Part shown: piece after piece, positions 1 through 9,155 of the stretch
Layout of the letters: each line of letters starts with the position of its first letter
How positions within the stretch are numbered: position 1 is the first letter of the stretch
From: an uncultured Chloroflexia bacterium
GTDB lineage: Bacteria > Chloroflexota > Limnocylindria > Limnocylindrales > CSP1-4
Reading direction: 5' to 3'
DNA: 64,000 nt
Assembly: GCA_963707215.1 (NCBI GenBank)
Contig: CAVPPB010000001.1
Coordinates: forward strand, 384,001-448,000
Notes under the pieces: generated by a model
The model's input: the letters and a program-made list of their open reading frames with translations, nothing else
Databases searched by the model: none
What the model was told of the DNA's origin: nothing
Program-made: the position numbers and the translations under genes

Positions 1-353
1 GTCGGGATCCCGTGGGCCAGGGTCCACGCTTCGAGGGCCGCCGGCTCGGAGCGGCGGTTCGGCTTGCCGGGCCGCAGCGGGATGGCGCCCCGGTCGGAGA
101 TCAGCAGCGGATCGAAGGTGTAGGTCAGGTCCGGGCTGCCGCACTCCCCGTCGAGCTCGTGAACGGTGACACCGAGGCGGGCCAGGATCCCGACGAAGGC
201 GTCGTGCTGGCGGCGGGCCGCGTCGAGGTCGACCGGGCGCAGGAAGCCGTGGGCCGGGTCCTCGAAGGCACGCCCGAACGGTTCGCCGGGACGCTTCACG
301 AGGACCTCGTGGAGCGGGGCCGTCATGCTCTGGGCGCCGTAGGTCCGGGGCAT
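1..353 (-). CDS. Amidinotransferase / dimethylargininase (DDAH)-arginine deiminase superfamily protein (runs off window edge)
   Basis: Manual translation MPRTYGAQSMTAPLHEVLVKRPG...DLDAARRQHDAFVGIL...PDLTYTFDP...LRPGKPNRRSEP; AAGGGGG RBS upstream; not in ORF track because truncated. Confidence 0.8.
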   Translation of the reverse strand, partial: MPRTYGAQSMTAPLHEVLVKRPGEPFGRAFEDPAHGFLRPVDLDAARRQHDAFVGILARLGVTVHELDGECGSPDLTYTFDPLLISDRGAIPLRPGKPNRRSEPAALEAWTLAHGIP

Positions 354-407
354 CGGTGGTCGTTCCCCCTTCGTCGGGCTCTGGCGTGGACGGAGTGTAG
401 CCGGGGT

Positions 408-1547
408 TCAGCCGAGCGGCGGTGTCCCGAAGCGGCCGACGTCGAGCTCGGCCGGGATCACCCCGCGGTCCAGGATGAGGTCGACGACCCACCGTGCCGA
501 GCCAGGACCCGTGGAGATGCCCCACGGCCCGTGGCCTGCGCAGACGAACAGGCCGTCCACGCCGGGCACGGCGCCCAGAAGCGGTCGGCCGTCGACGGAG
601 ACCGGGCGGGCACAGGCCCGGGTCTCGCGGATCGGCGCCGAGAGCAGCCCGGGCACGAAGCGGAGGCAGCGCTCCAGGAGCCGCTCGGTCCAGGCCGCGG
701 GATCCGGCTCCTCGGCAAGGAAGGTCGAGCCGACGACGGAGACCCCGCCGGCGGTCACCAGGCTGGAGCTCGGCGCGTCATCGTTCGTCTCCGTGGACGA
801 TCCCGGCGGGCCGACGACCTCGTCCATCTCGGCCTCCTCGATCACGTGCCGGGGCGGTACGTCCAGCAGGGTCTCCACGACCACCCCCCACCGAGCGACG
901 ATCGGGCGCCAGGCACCCGACCCGAGGACGAGCTCCGGCGTCCAGGGCCCGGCGGCGACGAGGACGGCGTCGACGGGCTCCACGCGTCCTGCCACCTCGA
1001 CACCAGCGACCCGACCGCGTTCGATGACCGGCCGGGCAGCGTGGCCCACCCGGATCCGGGCGCCCCGACGCTCGGCGAAGGTCGCGAAGGCGTAGGTGGG
1101 GGCCGACGGGACGACCGGGTGGCCGACGTCGATCCGGCAGGCCGCCACGCCGGGCGCCAGGGCCGGATCCGCGTCGACCAGCTCAGCCCCGACGAGGACC
1201 TCCGGCCGCAGGGCCGGGAAGGCCACGGCGAGATCGTCCGCCAGCCGGCGGAGGAGGGCGGGGTCCTCGGAGACGAGCAGCAGGCCCGTCGGGCGATCCG
1301 GCAGGCGGAACCCGGCCTCCGGCACCGCCTCGGCAAGGGCGTTGTACTCGCTGACGGTCGCGGCGTAGGCCGGCCCGAGCGCGGGGTCGAAGGGCAGCTG
1401 GACGACGCCGCTGTTGCGTCCGGAGGCCCCGGCGCCAAGGGCCTCGCGCTCGTAGAGGGTCACCCGGACACCGGCCTCGGCGAGGAACGTCGCCGCGGCC
1501 GTCCCCACGATCCCGCCGCCGATGACGGCGACCTCGGTCGGGCTCAT
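408..1547 (-). CDS. FAD-dependent oxidoreductase, DAO/DadA/glycine oxidase family
   Basis: VAVIGGGIVG Rossmann motif, GASGRNSG, DGRPLLG, GHGPWGISTGP. Confidence 0.9.
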   Translation of the reverse strand: MSPTEVAVIGGGIVGTAAATFLAEAGVRVTLYEREALGAGASGRNSGVVQLPFDPALGPAYAATVSEYNALAEAVPEAGFRLPDRPTGLLLVSEDPALLRRLADDLAVAFPALRPEVLVGAELVDADPALAPGVAACRIDVGHPVVPSAPTYAFATFAERRGARIRVGHAARPVIERGRVAGVEVAGRVEPVDAVLVAAGPWTPELVLGSGAWRPIVARWGVVVETLLDVPPRHVIEEAEMDEVVGPPGSSTETNDDAPSSSLVTAGGVSVVGSTFLAEEPDPAAWTERLLERCLRFVPGLLSAPIRETRACARPVSVDGRPLLGAVPGVDGLFVCAGHGPWGISTGPGSARWVVDLILDRGVIPAELDVGRFGTPPLG

Positions 1548-1599
1548 GCCCGGCGCTCCGTGGCCCGGCGCCGGCTGCCGGCGCTCGATCGCCACGCCG

Positions 1600-1965
1600 T
1601 CAGCGACAGTCGGTGCTCGACGAGAGCTCGTCGCCGCGCTCGTTGATGATGACGACCGTCGCCGACGTGGCCTCGTTGCTCTCGAGGATCGTGGTGATGT
1701 TCGAGCACATGAAGAGCTTGGCACCGCCGGCGCTGAAGTTGTTGTCGATGGTGATGGTGATGGTGTCCCCCTCGATCGAGCTGTCGAGCATCGAGGTGCC
1801 GAAGGTCGCCTGGATGGCGGCCACCACCTTCCCGTAGTCCGGGCCGCCATCGCCGCCGCCACCGCCGCCCCCGCACGCCGCGACGATGAGCGAGGCCGTC
1901 ATGGCGACCGCGACCAGCAGCCGACTCGCTCGTGGGCCGTTCGCGGCGTTGCGCTCTCGTTCCAT
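1600..1965 (-). CDS. Small hypothetical lipoprotein
   Basis: Strong GGAGGAGG RBS; signal peptide with lipobox IVAAC, then a poly-Gly linker. Confidence 0.75.
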   Translation of the reverse strand: MERERNAANGPRASRLLVAVAMTASLIVAACGGGGGGGDGGPDYGKVVAAIQATFGTSMLDSSIEGDTITITIDNNFSAGGAKLFMCSNITTILESNEATSATVVIINERGDELSSSTDCR

Positions 1966-2089
1966 GGGGCGGCTCCTCCTCCAGGCCCCGGAGCCGACGC
2001 GGGCCGGCGGGACGTGGGGCGGATTGTAGGCCGACACCGGACGGCGGGGAAGGCTAGGCCGGCTCGCGACGGGTCACCGCCGTTCCGGA

Positions 2090-3376
2090 TCAGCCGAGCG
2101 GTCGCCCCGTCGCCCCCGCCACCGCGATCGCTTCGAGCTCGCCGAGGAGGCGGTCCACCTCGGCGGCGGTGTTGTAGTGGACGAGCCCGATCCGCAGGAC
2201 GCCGCCCGACGATGCGAGTCCGAGCCGCTCGATGAGGCCCGTCGCGTAGAAGTCGCCGTCCCAGGTGGCGATCCCCCGCCGCCCGAGTGCTTCCGCGGCG
2301 GCCCGGGGATGGATCCCCTCGATCGTCACGGCGGCCGTCGGCGTCCGCTCCCCGAACCGGGTCGGGTCGGCGATCCCGAGCAGCCGGACGCCCGGGATCC
2401 GGGCCAGGCCGTCGGCAAGGTGCTCGAAGAGCTCGCGCTCGTCCGCGGCGATGGAGGTCATCGCCGCGACCAGCTCGGCCCGTCGCCCGTCGTGCCCGCT
2501 CGAGCGGGCCGCCTCGACGTCGCCGAACGACCGCCCCACCCAGGCCAGGTAGTCGACCGCGGCGGCTGTCCCGGCGATCGCCTCGAAGTCGCCGGTCCCG
2601 GTCTCGAGCTTGTCGTCGGCCGGGCGGACCTTGTAGGCCGGCAGGCGGTCGTAGACGTCCTCCCGGACGTGGAGCACGCCGGCGTGCGGCCCGAAGAACT
2701 TGTAGGCGGAGCAGACCAGGAAGTCGCTGTCCAGGGCGACGACGTCGATCGGGGCGTGCGGCGCGTAGTGGACCGCGTCCACGTAGGTCAGGGCGCCGAC
2801 GGCGTGGGCCCGCTCGACGATCCCGGCCACCGGATTGACGGTGCCCAGGGCGTTCGACGCGGCGCCGACCGCGACGACCCGGGTCCGCGAGCCGATGACC
2901 CGGTCGAGGGACGCCGGGTCCAGGGTGCCGTCCTCGTCGCGGATGTCGACCCGTCGCAGCTCCAGGCCGCGCTCGGCGGCCATCAGGGCCCACGGGTCGA
3001 CGTTGGCCTGGTGGTCGAGGACCGTCACGACGACCTCGTCCCCGGGCTCCAGCATCGCCCCGATCGACCGGCTGGCGTGGAAGGTCAGCGTCGTCATGTT
3101 GGCGCCGAAGTGGATCTCGACGGGATCCCGGGCACCCAGCAGGTCGACCAGGGCGGCCCGGGCGCCCTCGACGATCCCGTCGCTGCGCACGCTGGTCAGG
3201 AAGGCTCCGCCGTGGTTGGCGTTCGCCTCCCGGTAGTAGCCGGCCACAGCGTCGATGACCAGGTCCGGGACCTGGGTGCCACCGGGACCGTCGAAGAGGG
3301 CGACGGGCCGGCCGCCCTGCTCGATCGAGAGGCTGGGGAAGCGGGCGCGGATGGCGGCGGGATCGAGTCGGGGCAT
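2090..3376 (-). CDS. Cysteine desulfurase-like class V aminotransferase (PLP)
   Basis: FDGPGGTQVP, DAVHYAPH, CSAYKFFGPH (PLP Lys), LRIGLVHYNT. Confidence 0.9.
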   Translation of the reverse strand: MPRLDPAAIRARFPSLSIEQGGRPVALFDGPGGTQVPDLVIDAVAGYYREANANHGGAFLTSVRSDGIVEGARAALVDLLGARDPVEIHFGANMTTLTFHASRSIGAMLEPGDEVVVTVLDHQANVDPWALMAAERGLELRRVDIRDEDGTLDPASLDRVIGSRTRVVAVGAASNALGTVNPVAGIVERAHAVGALTYVDAVHYAPHAPIDVVALDSDFLVCSAYKFFGPHAGVLHVREDVYDRLPAYKVRPADDKLETGTGDFEAIAGTAAAVDYLAWVGRSFGDVEAARSSGHDGRRAELVAAMTSIAADERELFEHLADGLARIPGVRLLGIADPTRFGERTPTAAVTIEGIHPRAAAEALGRRGIATWDGDFYATGLIERLGLASSGGVLRIGLVHYNTAAEVDRLLGELEAIAVAGATGRPLG

Positions 3377-3478
3377 CGTGGTCTCCGGGGGGGGTCGGTG
3401 TGGGCCGGGCGGCTCGGCTCGGGAGGAGCGCCGGGCCGCGCCCATGATGCCCGAGCGAGGCGACCGCCGGACGGCGGC

Positions 3479-4819
3479 TCAGCCGTTCGACGGCTCAGCC
3501 GGCTCGGCGCTCCGCAGCGAGTCGGCGAAGGCGACCACCCGGTCCTCGGCCGCCTCGCGGACGGGCGAGTGCGCGGCCAGGAGGTCGTGCCCGGCGTCGA
3601 GCTCCAGGAGCTCCGGCCGGCTCGGCAGCCGTGCCAGGAGCCTCGCCGTTCGGGCCGGCAGGCTGACCGCGTCGGTGGTGCCCTGGATCGCCAGCACGGG
3701 ACCGGTCACCCGACGCGCTCCCCGGTCAGCGGCCCGCGACGCCCGGAACAGCTGCTCGAGGGCGGAGACCGGGACGCGAAGGCCCTGGATGCCCCGCCGG
3801 ACCTCCGGGTCGTCCAGGTCGACACCGGGCAGGAAGCCCTCGATGCCGGACCGCACGTCCGGGGCAGCCAGGTCGAGCCGCGACAGCGGCCGGATGCCGG
3901 CCGGCAGGAACGGTCGGACGAGCGGGCCGAGCAACCACAGGGCCTGGTTGACAGGCCACGAGAAGGGAGCCACGAGGACCAGCCCGTCCGGGCGGACCGA
4001 CCGCTCGGTCGCCACGGCGAGGGTCCCGCCCATCGAGAAGCCGACGACGAGGAGCGGTTCGTGGCCCTCGCGGCGGAGTCCGTGGCCAGCGGCCTCGACC
4101 GCGCCGATCCAGTCCTCGAGGCGCCTGTCCGGCAGCTGTCGGATCTCCGCCCCGAAGCCCGGCAACAGGGGCACCTCGACGGTCCAGCCGGCCGCCGCCA
4201 GGCGCTCGGCGAGTGAGCGGAGCTCGGCCGGCGTCGCGCCATAGCCGTGGACGAGGAGCGCCGCCGGGCCGGGCCGGTCGGTCCCGCCGCCCGGGCCGCT
4301 CTCAGGATCGCCGCCCGAGCCGGCCTCGGGGTCGAGGCAGAAGGGCTCGTGCTCGGGCCCGTCGAAGAGCTCCAGCCCGGGCGGCAGGATCGGCTCGGCA
4401 TCCGGGACCCAGGTGGCATGCACGGCGTCGAAGACCAGCAGGAACGCGCCCTGGACGACGACGCCCCATCCGTTGCCGGCCAGGAAGGGATCCCCGGCCG
4501 CGATGGGGCCGGCGAGGACGAGCCCACCGATGACGTAGGCGACGTCGAGCCCGGCGTTGACCCAGAGGAGCCGCCGGATCCGCCGGGCCTCGCGCCGGGC
4601 CGCGGTCTCGTCGCCGGCATGCAGGCGCCGCCCGCGGGCTGCGCCGCGCCGCCCGACGATGCCGATGGCCCCGTCGATGACGCCCCAGACGACCGCCTGG
4701 AGGCCGATGCCCCGCCAGAACGCATCGCCGAGCGCCAGCAGGATCGCCCCACCGAGCACGCTGAGCACCGCCCACAGGATGAGACGGCGTCCCAGGAGGT
4801 CGGCGAACTCCCAGGTCAT
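3479..4819 (-). CDS. Membrane domain fused to alpha/beta-hydrolase (carboxylesterase-like)
   Basis: About 4 N-terminal TM helices (NAGLDVAY motif), then LVHGYG, LPGFG, GFSMGG nucleophile elbow, QGTTD, GHD. Confidence 0.8.
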   Translation of the reverse strand: MTWEFADLLGRRLILWAVLSVLGGAILLALGDAFWRGIGLQAVVWGVIDGAIGIVGRRGAARGRRLHAGDETAARREARRIRRLLWVNAGLDVAYVIGGLVLAGPIAAGDPFLAGNGWGVVVQGAFLLVFDAVHATWVPDAEPILPPGLELFDGPEHEPFCLDPEAGSGGDPESGPGGGTDRPGPAALLVHGYGATPAELRSLAERLAAAGWTVEVPLLPGFGAEIRQLPDRRLEDWIGAVEAAGHGLRREGHEPLLVVGFSMGGTLAVATERSVRPDGLVLVAPFSWPVNQALWLLGPLVRPFLPAGIRPLSRLDLAAPDVRSGIEGFLPGVDLDDPEVRRGIQGLRVPVSALEQLFRASRAADRGARRVTGPVLAIQGTTDAVSLPARTARLLARLPSRPELLELDAGHDLLAAHSPVREAAEDRVVAFADSLRSAEPAEPSNG

Positions 4820-5025
4820 GCCGGAGACGAGGTGGCGGGATGGTCGGCCATCGCGGTCATCGTGCGCCACCGACCCCGTGGCTGCAACGAACGTCCCTCG
4901 AGGTCCCGTCGGGCGGCGAGCCGGGGTCCCGGCCGACCGGCGCCGCCGAGCCCTCCACCCACCCACCATCCGAGGCTGGCGCGCTACCATGTCGTGCCGA
5001 GCGACCCCACCCGAGGCCAGCCAGG

Positions 5026-5574
5026 ATGACGACCAGTCGAGCGACCGCCATCGAGCCCCCGCCGCGTCCGGGCCTGGCCGCCCGTGACCCCCGGCTGGCC
5101 GACTGGCGGGCGCTCCTGCAGGCGCATGCGCTGCTCGTGCGGCGGCTGGACGAGGAGCTTCGCGCCGAGCACGATCTCTCGCTCGCCGAGTACGAGACCC
5201 TGCTCCACCTCGCAGGATCCCCGGACGGTCAGCTCCGGATGAACTCGCTCGCCGACCAGGTCCTCCTGAGCCGCAGCGGCATCACCCGGCTCGTGGATCG
5301 CCTGGAGTCGACGGGGCTCGTCCGGCGCCAGCAGTGCGCCACCGATCACCGCGGATCGTGGGCCGTCCTGACGGTCGCGGGCCTCGAGCAGCTCCGCTCG
5401 GCGTCGAGGACGCATCTCCGCGGCATCGACGAGCACTTCATGAGGGTGATCGAGCCCGGCGACCTCGCCGCCATCGGTCGCTCCATGACGGCCGTCGCAG
5501 AGCGGCTTGCCGCGACCGGGGAGACGGAGGTGGGAGCGGGCCCGGCGGAGGCCGAGGCATCCGCCCTGCCGTAA
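5026..5574 (+). CDS. MarR family transcriptional regulator
   Basis: LSLAEYETLLHL...LSRSGITRLVDRLE..GLV.R...DHRG winged HTH. Confidence 0.9.
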   Translation: MTTSRATAIEPPPRPGLAARDPRLADWRALLQAHALLVRRLDEELRAEHDLSLAEYETLLHLAGSPDGQLRMNSLADQVLLSRSGITRLVDRLESTGLVRRQQCATDHRGSWAVLTVAGLEQLRSASRTHLRGIDEHFMRVIEPGDLAAIGRSMTAVAERLAATGETEVGAGPAEAEASALP

Positions 5575-5591
5575 CCGGTCGGCTCGGCAGC

Positions 5592-6341
5592 ATGACCGGG
5601 AGGCTTCGCGTCGGCACGAGCGGCTTCTCGTATCCGGGCTGGGCGCCGCGGTTCTACCCGGCCGGGACCCCGGCCGGTCGACGCCTCGAGACCTATGCCC
5701 GGCAGCTCGGTGCGGTCGAGCTGAACAGCACCTTCTATCGCCGGCCTTCGGAGCGGCAGCTCGTCGAGTGGGCCGCCGCGACACCCGGGGGGTTCCGCTT
5801 CGTGGTCAAGGCGCAACGCGGCGCAACCTGGAGGGCCTTCCGGTCGCCTGACCCCGCGGCCAGCCTCGCCTGGCTCTGTGAGCCGCTGCCGGGCCTGGGC
5901 GATCGACTGGGTGCGGTGCTGCTCCGGGTCCCCGATGACATGACCCGTGACGATGACCGCCTCGACGCGGTCCTGGGCGGCTGGCCGACGAGCGTGCCGC
6001 TGGTCGTCGAGGCACGAGACCCCAGCTGGCACGTCGACGAGGTGTTCGATCGGCTCCGTCGGGCAGAGGCGGTGCTCTGCGCGACCGACCTCGACGGCTC
6101 GCCGCCGCCGGACCTGCGGGTCCTGGGCAGCTTCCTCTACCTGCGGCTTCGCCGCGGGGGCTATGACGACGAGGCGATCGAGGCCTGGGCCGGCCGGCTC
6201 GCCCCGTTCCTGGCCGCCGGTATCGACGCCTACGCCTTCGTCCGCCACGACGACGACGGTGCCTCGGCTGCCGTGGCAGCGGCGCTCGGCGAAGCCACGG
6301 TGTCCCGGCTGCGTCGCGAGCGCCGCCCGGACGACGGCTAG
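5592..6341 (+). CDS. DUF72 family protein
   Basis: VGTSGFSYPGW, VELNSTFYRRP, FRFVVKA, YLRLR. Confidence 0.9.
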   Translation: MTGRLRVGTSGFSYPGWAPRFYPAGTPAGRRLETYARQLGAVELNSTFYRRPSERQLVEWAAATPGGFRFVVKAQRGATWRAFRSPDPAASLAWLCEPLPGLGDRLGAVLLRVPDDMTRDDDRLDAVLGGWPTSVPLVVEARDPSWHVDEVFDRLRRAEAVLCATDLDGSPPPDLRVLGSFLYLRLRRGGYDDEAIEAWAGRLAPFLAAGIDAYAFVRHDDDGASAAVAAALGEATVSRLRRERRPDDG

Positions 6342-6664
6342 GGTCGCGAGCCCTCGGCCGGTCCGAAGACCACGAGGACGACGAGATCCTCCGCGATCGC
6401 CTCGAAGCGATGCGGGACGCCGGCGGCGACGAATGCGCTGGTCCCAGGTCCGACGGATCTGGCCTCGTCGGCCACGCGCAGGACGGCGCGGCCGCGGATG
6501 ACGTGGTAGAGCTCGTCCTCCCCGTGCGGCGCCTGTGGGTCGACCCCGCCGGCCGGCAGCACGTAGAGGCCAGCGCTCAGGTCCGGGACCCGGAGGAACT
6601 CGAGGTACGACTCGCCGGCGGCAGCGTGTCGATCGAGCAGGTCGGCGAGGTCGTGGACGTCCAT
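6338..6664 (-). CDS. Cupin domain protein
   Basis: YLEFLRVPDLSAGLY..DPQAPHGEDELYHV...VPHRF cupin motifs; GGAG RBS. Confidence 0.85.
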   Translation of the reverse strand: MDVHDLADLLDRHAAAGESYLEFLRVPDLSAGLYVLPAGGVDPQAPHGEDELYHVIRGRAVLRVADEARSVGPGTSAFVAAGVPHRFEAIAEDLVVLVVFGPAEGSRP

Positions 6665-6748
6665 GGCATCTCCCCGGCTCCGGTCGGTCCGTTGCGCCTG
6701 CCGGTCTGCGACGATCCGGACCGAGGCGGCCAGCGTACGACAGGCGCG

Positions 6749-8071
6749 ATGACCACCCCCGCCCGCCGACGGACCGCTCGCACCACAGCCAGGACCGCCG
6801 CGATCATCGTCCTGGGAGCCGCCCTGGCGACCCTCCTTTCGGCCTGCGGCGGAGGACCCACCCCTCCGCCACCGACGCCCACGCCGACGCCGGTCTCCCT
6901 CCCGTCGCCATCGCCGTCGCCGGTCACGCCCGCCCCTTCTACGAGCCCGGATCCAAGCCCGGGCCGACCTGCGGGCGGCGACCCCATCGGGCTGACGGTG
7001 CGCCTCGAGCCCGTCATCGATGGGCTGGCGGCTCCCGTCGCGGTACGCTCGCCCGGCGACGGCAGCGGTCGACTGTTCGTCGTCGAGCAGCCGGGGCGGA
7101 TCCGGATCGTCCGGGACGGCCGGCTCCTGGAGCGACCGTTCCTCGACATCGAGCGGCTGGTCGGGTCCGGTGGCGAGCGTGGCCTGCTCGGGCTCGCCTT
7201 CCACCCACGGTTCGGCGCGGGCGATGACCGGTTCTTCATCGACTTCACCGATCGCGAGGGCACCACCGTCATCGCCGAGGCCCGTCCGTCCGAGGACCCG
7301 GACGTCGCCGACGGTGCCTCGCTCCGGGTCCTGATGCGGATCGCGCAGCCCTTCGCGAACCACAACGGCGGCGACGTGGCCTTCGGGCCAGATGGCCACC
7401 TCTACGTGGCGCTGGGTGACGGCGGATCGGGTGGGGATCCACTCGGCTCCGGCCAGCGCCTGGACACGCACCTCGGCAAGATCCTGCGCATCGACGTCGA
7501 CCGGACCGAAGGCTCGGCCGCCTATGCCATCCCGCCCGACAACCCCTTCGTCGGTGTCGAGGGAGCCAAGCCGGAGATCTGGGCGCTCGGACTCCGCAAT
7601 CCGTGGCGGATCTCCTTCGACCGGGCCACCGGCGACCTCTGGATCGGGGACGTCGGCCAGGGAGCCATCGAGGAGGTCGACCGGCTCACCGCGGCGACCG
7701 GCGGCGGACGCGGGGCCAACCTGGGCTGGAACCGGATGGAGGGCTCGGCCTGCTTCCCGGGCGGCACCGCCTGCGACCCGGCGGGCCTCGTCCTCCCGCT
7801 GGCCGAGTACGGTCACGATCTCGGCTGCGCTGTGACCGGCGGGTACGTCTACCGCGGATCCGATCACCCGGACCTGGTCGGCGTGTACGTCTACGCGGAC
7901 TACTGCTCGGGACGAGTGTGGGGCGTGTCTTCCGGCGGTCCCGACCGCCAGGATGCCGTGCTGCTGGCAGAGACCGGGGTGACGCTCTCGTCGTTCGGCG
8001 AGGACGATGCCGGCGAGCTGTACGTCACGGATCTGGGCGGTCGGCTGCTTCGGCTCGTGGAGGCCGGCTGA
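6749..8071 (+). CDS. PQQ-dependent sugar (glucose/sorbosone) dehydrogenase lipoprotein
   Basis: Lipobox LLSAC, Pro/Thr linker, GERGLLGLAFHP, NHNGG, FGPDG, GLRNPWR, GDVGQ, SSFGED. Confidence 0.92.
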   Translation: MTTPARRRTARTTARTAAIIVLGAALATLLSACGGGPTPPPPTPTPTPVSLPSPSPSPVTPAPSTSPDPSPGRPAGGDPIGLTVRLEPVIDGLAAPVAVRSPGDGSGRLFVVEQPGRIRIVRDGRLLERPFLDIERLVGSGGERGLLGLAFHPRFGAGDDRFFIDFTDREGTTVIAEARPSEDPDVADGASLRVLMRIAQPFANHNGGDVAFGPDGHLYVALGDGGSGGDPLGSGQRLDTHLGKILRIDVDRTEGSAAYAIPPDNPFVGVEGAKPEIWALGLRNPWRISFDRATGDLWIGDVGQGAIEEVDRLTAATGGGRGANLGWNRMEGSACFPGGTACDPAGLVLPLAEYGHDLGCAVTGGYVYRGSDHPDLVGVYVYADYCSGRVWGVSSGGPDRQDAVLLAETGVTLSSFGEDDAGELYVTDLGGRLLRLVEAG

Positions 8072-8073
8072 GG

Positions 8074-8970
8074 TCAGGCCCCGGGCGCGGTCTCCGTGCG
8101 CGGTGCGGCCTCGGCCCCGACCTCGCGCGGCTTCACCGGTCGCAGGTAGAGCGGCAGCACGATCCCGACGTAGGCGACCCAGGCGACCACGGTGACGACC
8201 TCCGGCGTGGAGCTGTAGCCGAACATCGCCCGGAGCATCATCCCCAGCAGGTTCCCGGCATCCTGCGAGTGCGGCAGGATCGCGCTCAGGTCCCATGCGG
8301 TCTGGGTCCCGATCGTGATGATCCCGGCTTCCACGAACTCGTGGACCGCGTACGACACGAGGCCGGCGGCGATGAAGATCAGCAGGACGCCGGTCCAGCG
8401 GAAGAAGCGTGCCAGGTCGATGCGCCGGCTGCCCTGGTAGAACCCGTAGCCGATGGCGACGGCGATACCCAGCCCGACGATCGCCCCCAGCAGGACGGAC
8501 AACGCGCCGGCCTCGCTACCGGCCTGCGCAGCGCTGGCCTGCCCGACCAGGAACAGAGCCGTCTCGATCCCTTCGCGGATGACCGCGATGAAGGCCAGGA
8601 AGGTCAGGCCCCAGAGGCTGCCCTCGGTGAGGGCGCGATCGACGGACGATCGCAGCTCGCCGCTGACGCTGGAGGCCTGGCGCCGCATCCAGAACAGCAT
8701 CCAGGTAACGACGCCGGCGGCCAGGAGCATCGTCAGCCCCTCGAAGATCTGCTCGTACGGCTCCTCGAAGGCGCCCACGGTCGCGAACAGGGCGATACCC
8801 AGGGCGGCGCTGACGACGACCGCCCCGCCCACGCCCAGCCAGATGCGCCCGACATGGCGGCCGTTCCCGGTCCGGGCCAGGTAGGCGAGGATGATGCTGA
8901 CGATCAGGGCGGCTTCGACGCCTTCTCGCAGCCCGGTCAGCAGGCCGGACGTGAACGAGCCGAGCTCCAC
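8074..8970 (-). CDS. efeU: FTR1/EfeU family high-affinity iron permease
   Basis: Two REGxE motifs (LREGVEA, IREGIET), about 7 TM helices, GGAGG RBS before GTG. Confidence 0.9.
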   Translation of the reverse strand: MELGSFTSGLLTGLREGVEAALIVSIILAYLARTGNGRHVGRIWLGVGGAVVVSAALGIALFATVGAFEEPYEQIFEGLTMLLAAGVVTWMLFWMRRQASSVSGELRSSVDRALTEGSLWGLTFLAFIAVIREGIETALFLVGQASAAQAGSEAGALSVLLGAIVGLGIAVAIGYGFYQGSRRIDLARFFRWTGVLLIFIAAGLVSYAVHEFVEAGIITIGTQTAWDLSAILPHSQDAGNLLGMMLRAMFGYSSTPEVVTVVAWVAYVGIVLPLYLRPVKPREVGAEAAPRTETAPGA

Positions 8971-9028
8971 CGGTAGCTTCCTCCGCGATGGCGAGGCGGG
9001 ACGCGGCCTCCGGCCGCTCAGTGGCAGC

Positions 9029-9082
9029 ATCGTAGCCCGCCCGTCACTCGGTGGTCAACCATGCTTGAGTCATCTCGACAAG
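9029..9082 (-). promoter_or_regulatory. Putative sigma70 promoter of the FTR1 gene with upstream dyad
   Basis: Minus-strand TTGACC-N18-TACGAT (9058-9029); dyad CTTG-N11-CAAG at 9064-9082. Confidence 0.5.
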
Positions 9083-9155
9083 TGACCCTTGGCCCTGCTC
9101 TCGAGATCCCGCCGGCGGGGCGCTTCGGCGGCCCGACGTCGGTACCATTGCCCGC

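Noticed and set aside
6860-6960. Short tandem-like repeats (CCGACGCC, CCGTCGCC)
   Set aside because: They encode the Pro/Thr/Ser linker of the lipoprotein; not CRISPR or a mobile repeat
6338-8296. 652-aa ORF ending in a cupin
   Set aside because: The real cupin starts at 6664 with its own RBS; the upstream part is antisense to the PQQ dehydrogenase
9064-9084. HspR HAIR element (CTTGAGT-N7-ACTCAAG)
   Set aside because: Only the left half matches and the spacing is wrong; no chaperone gene nearby
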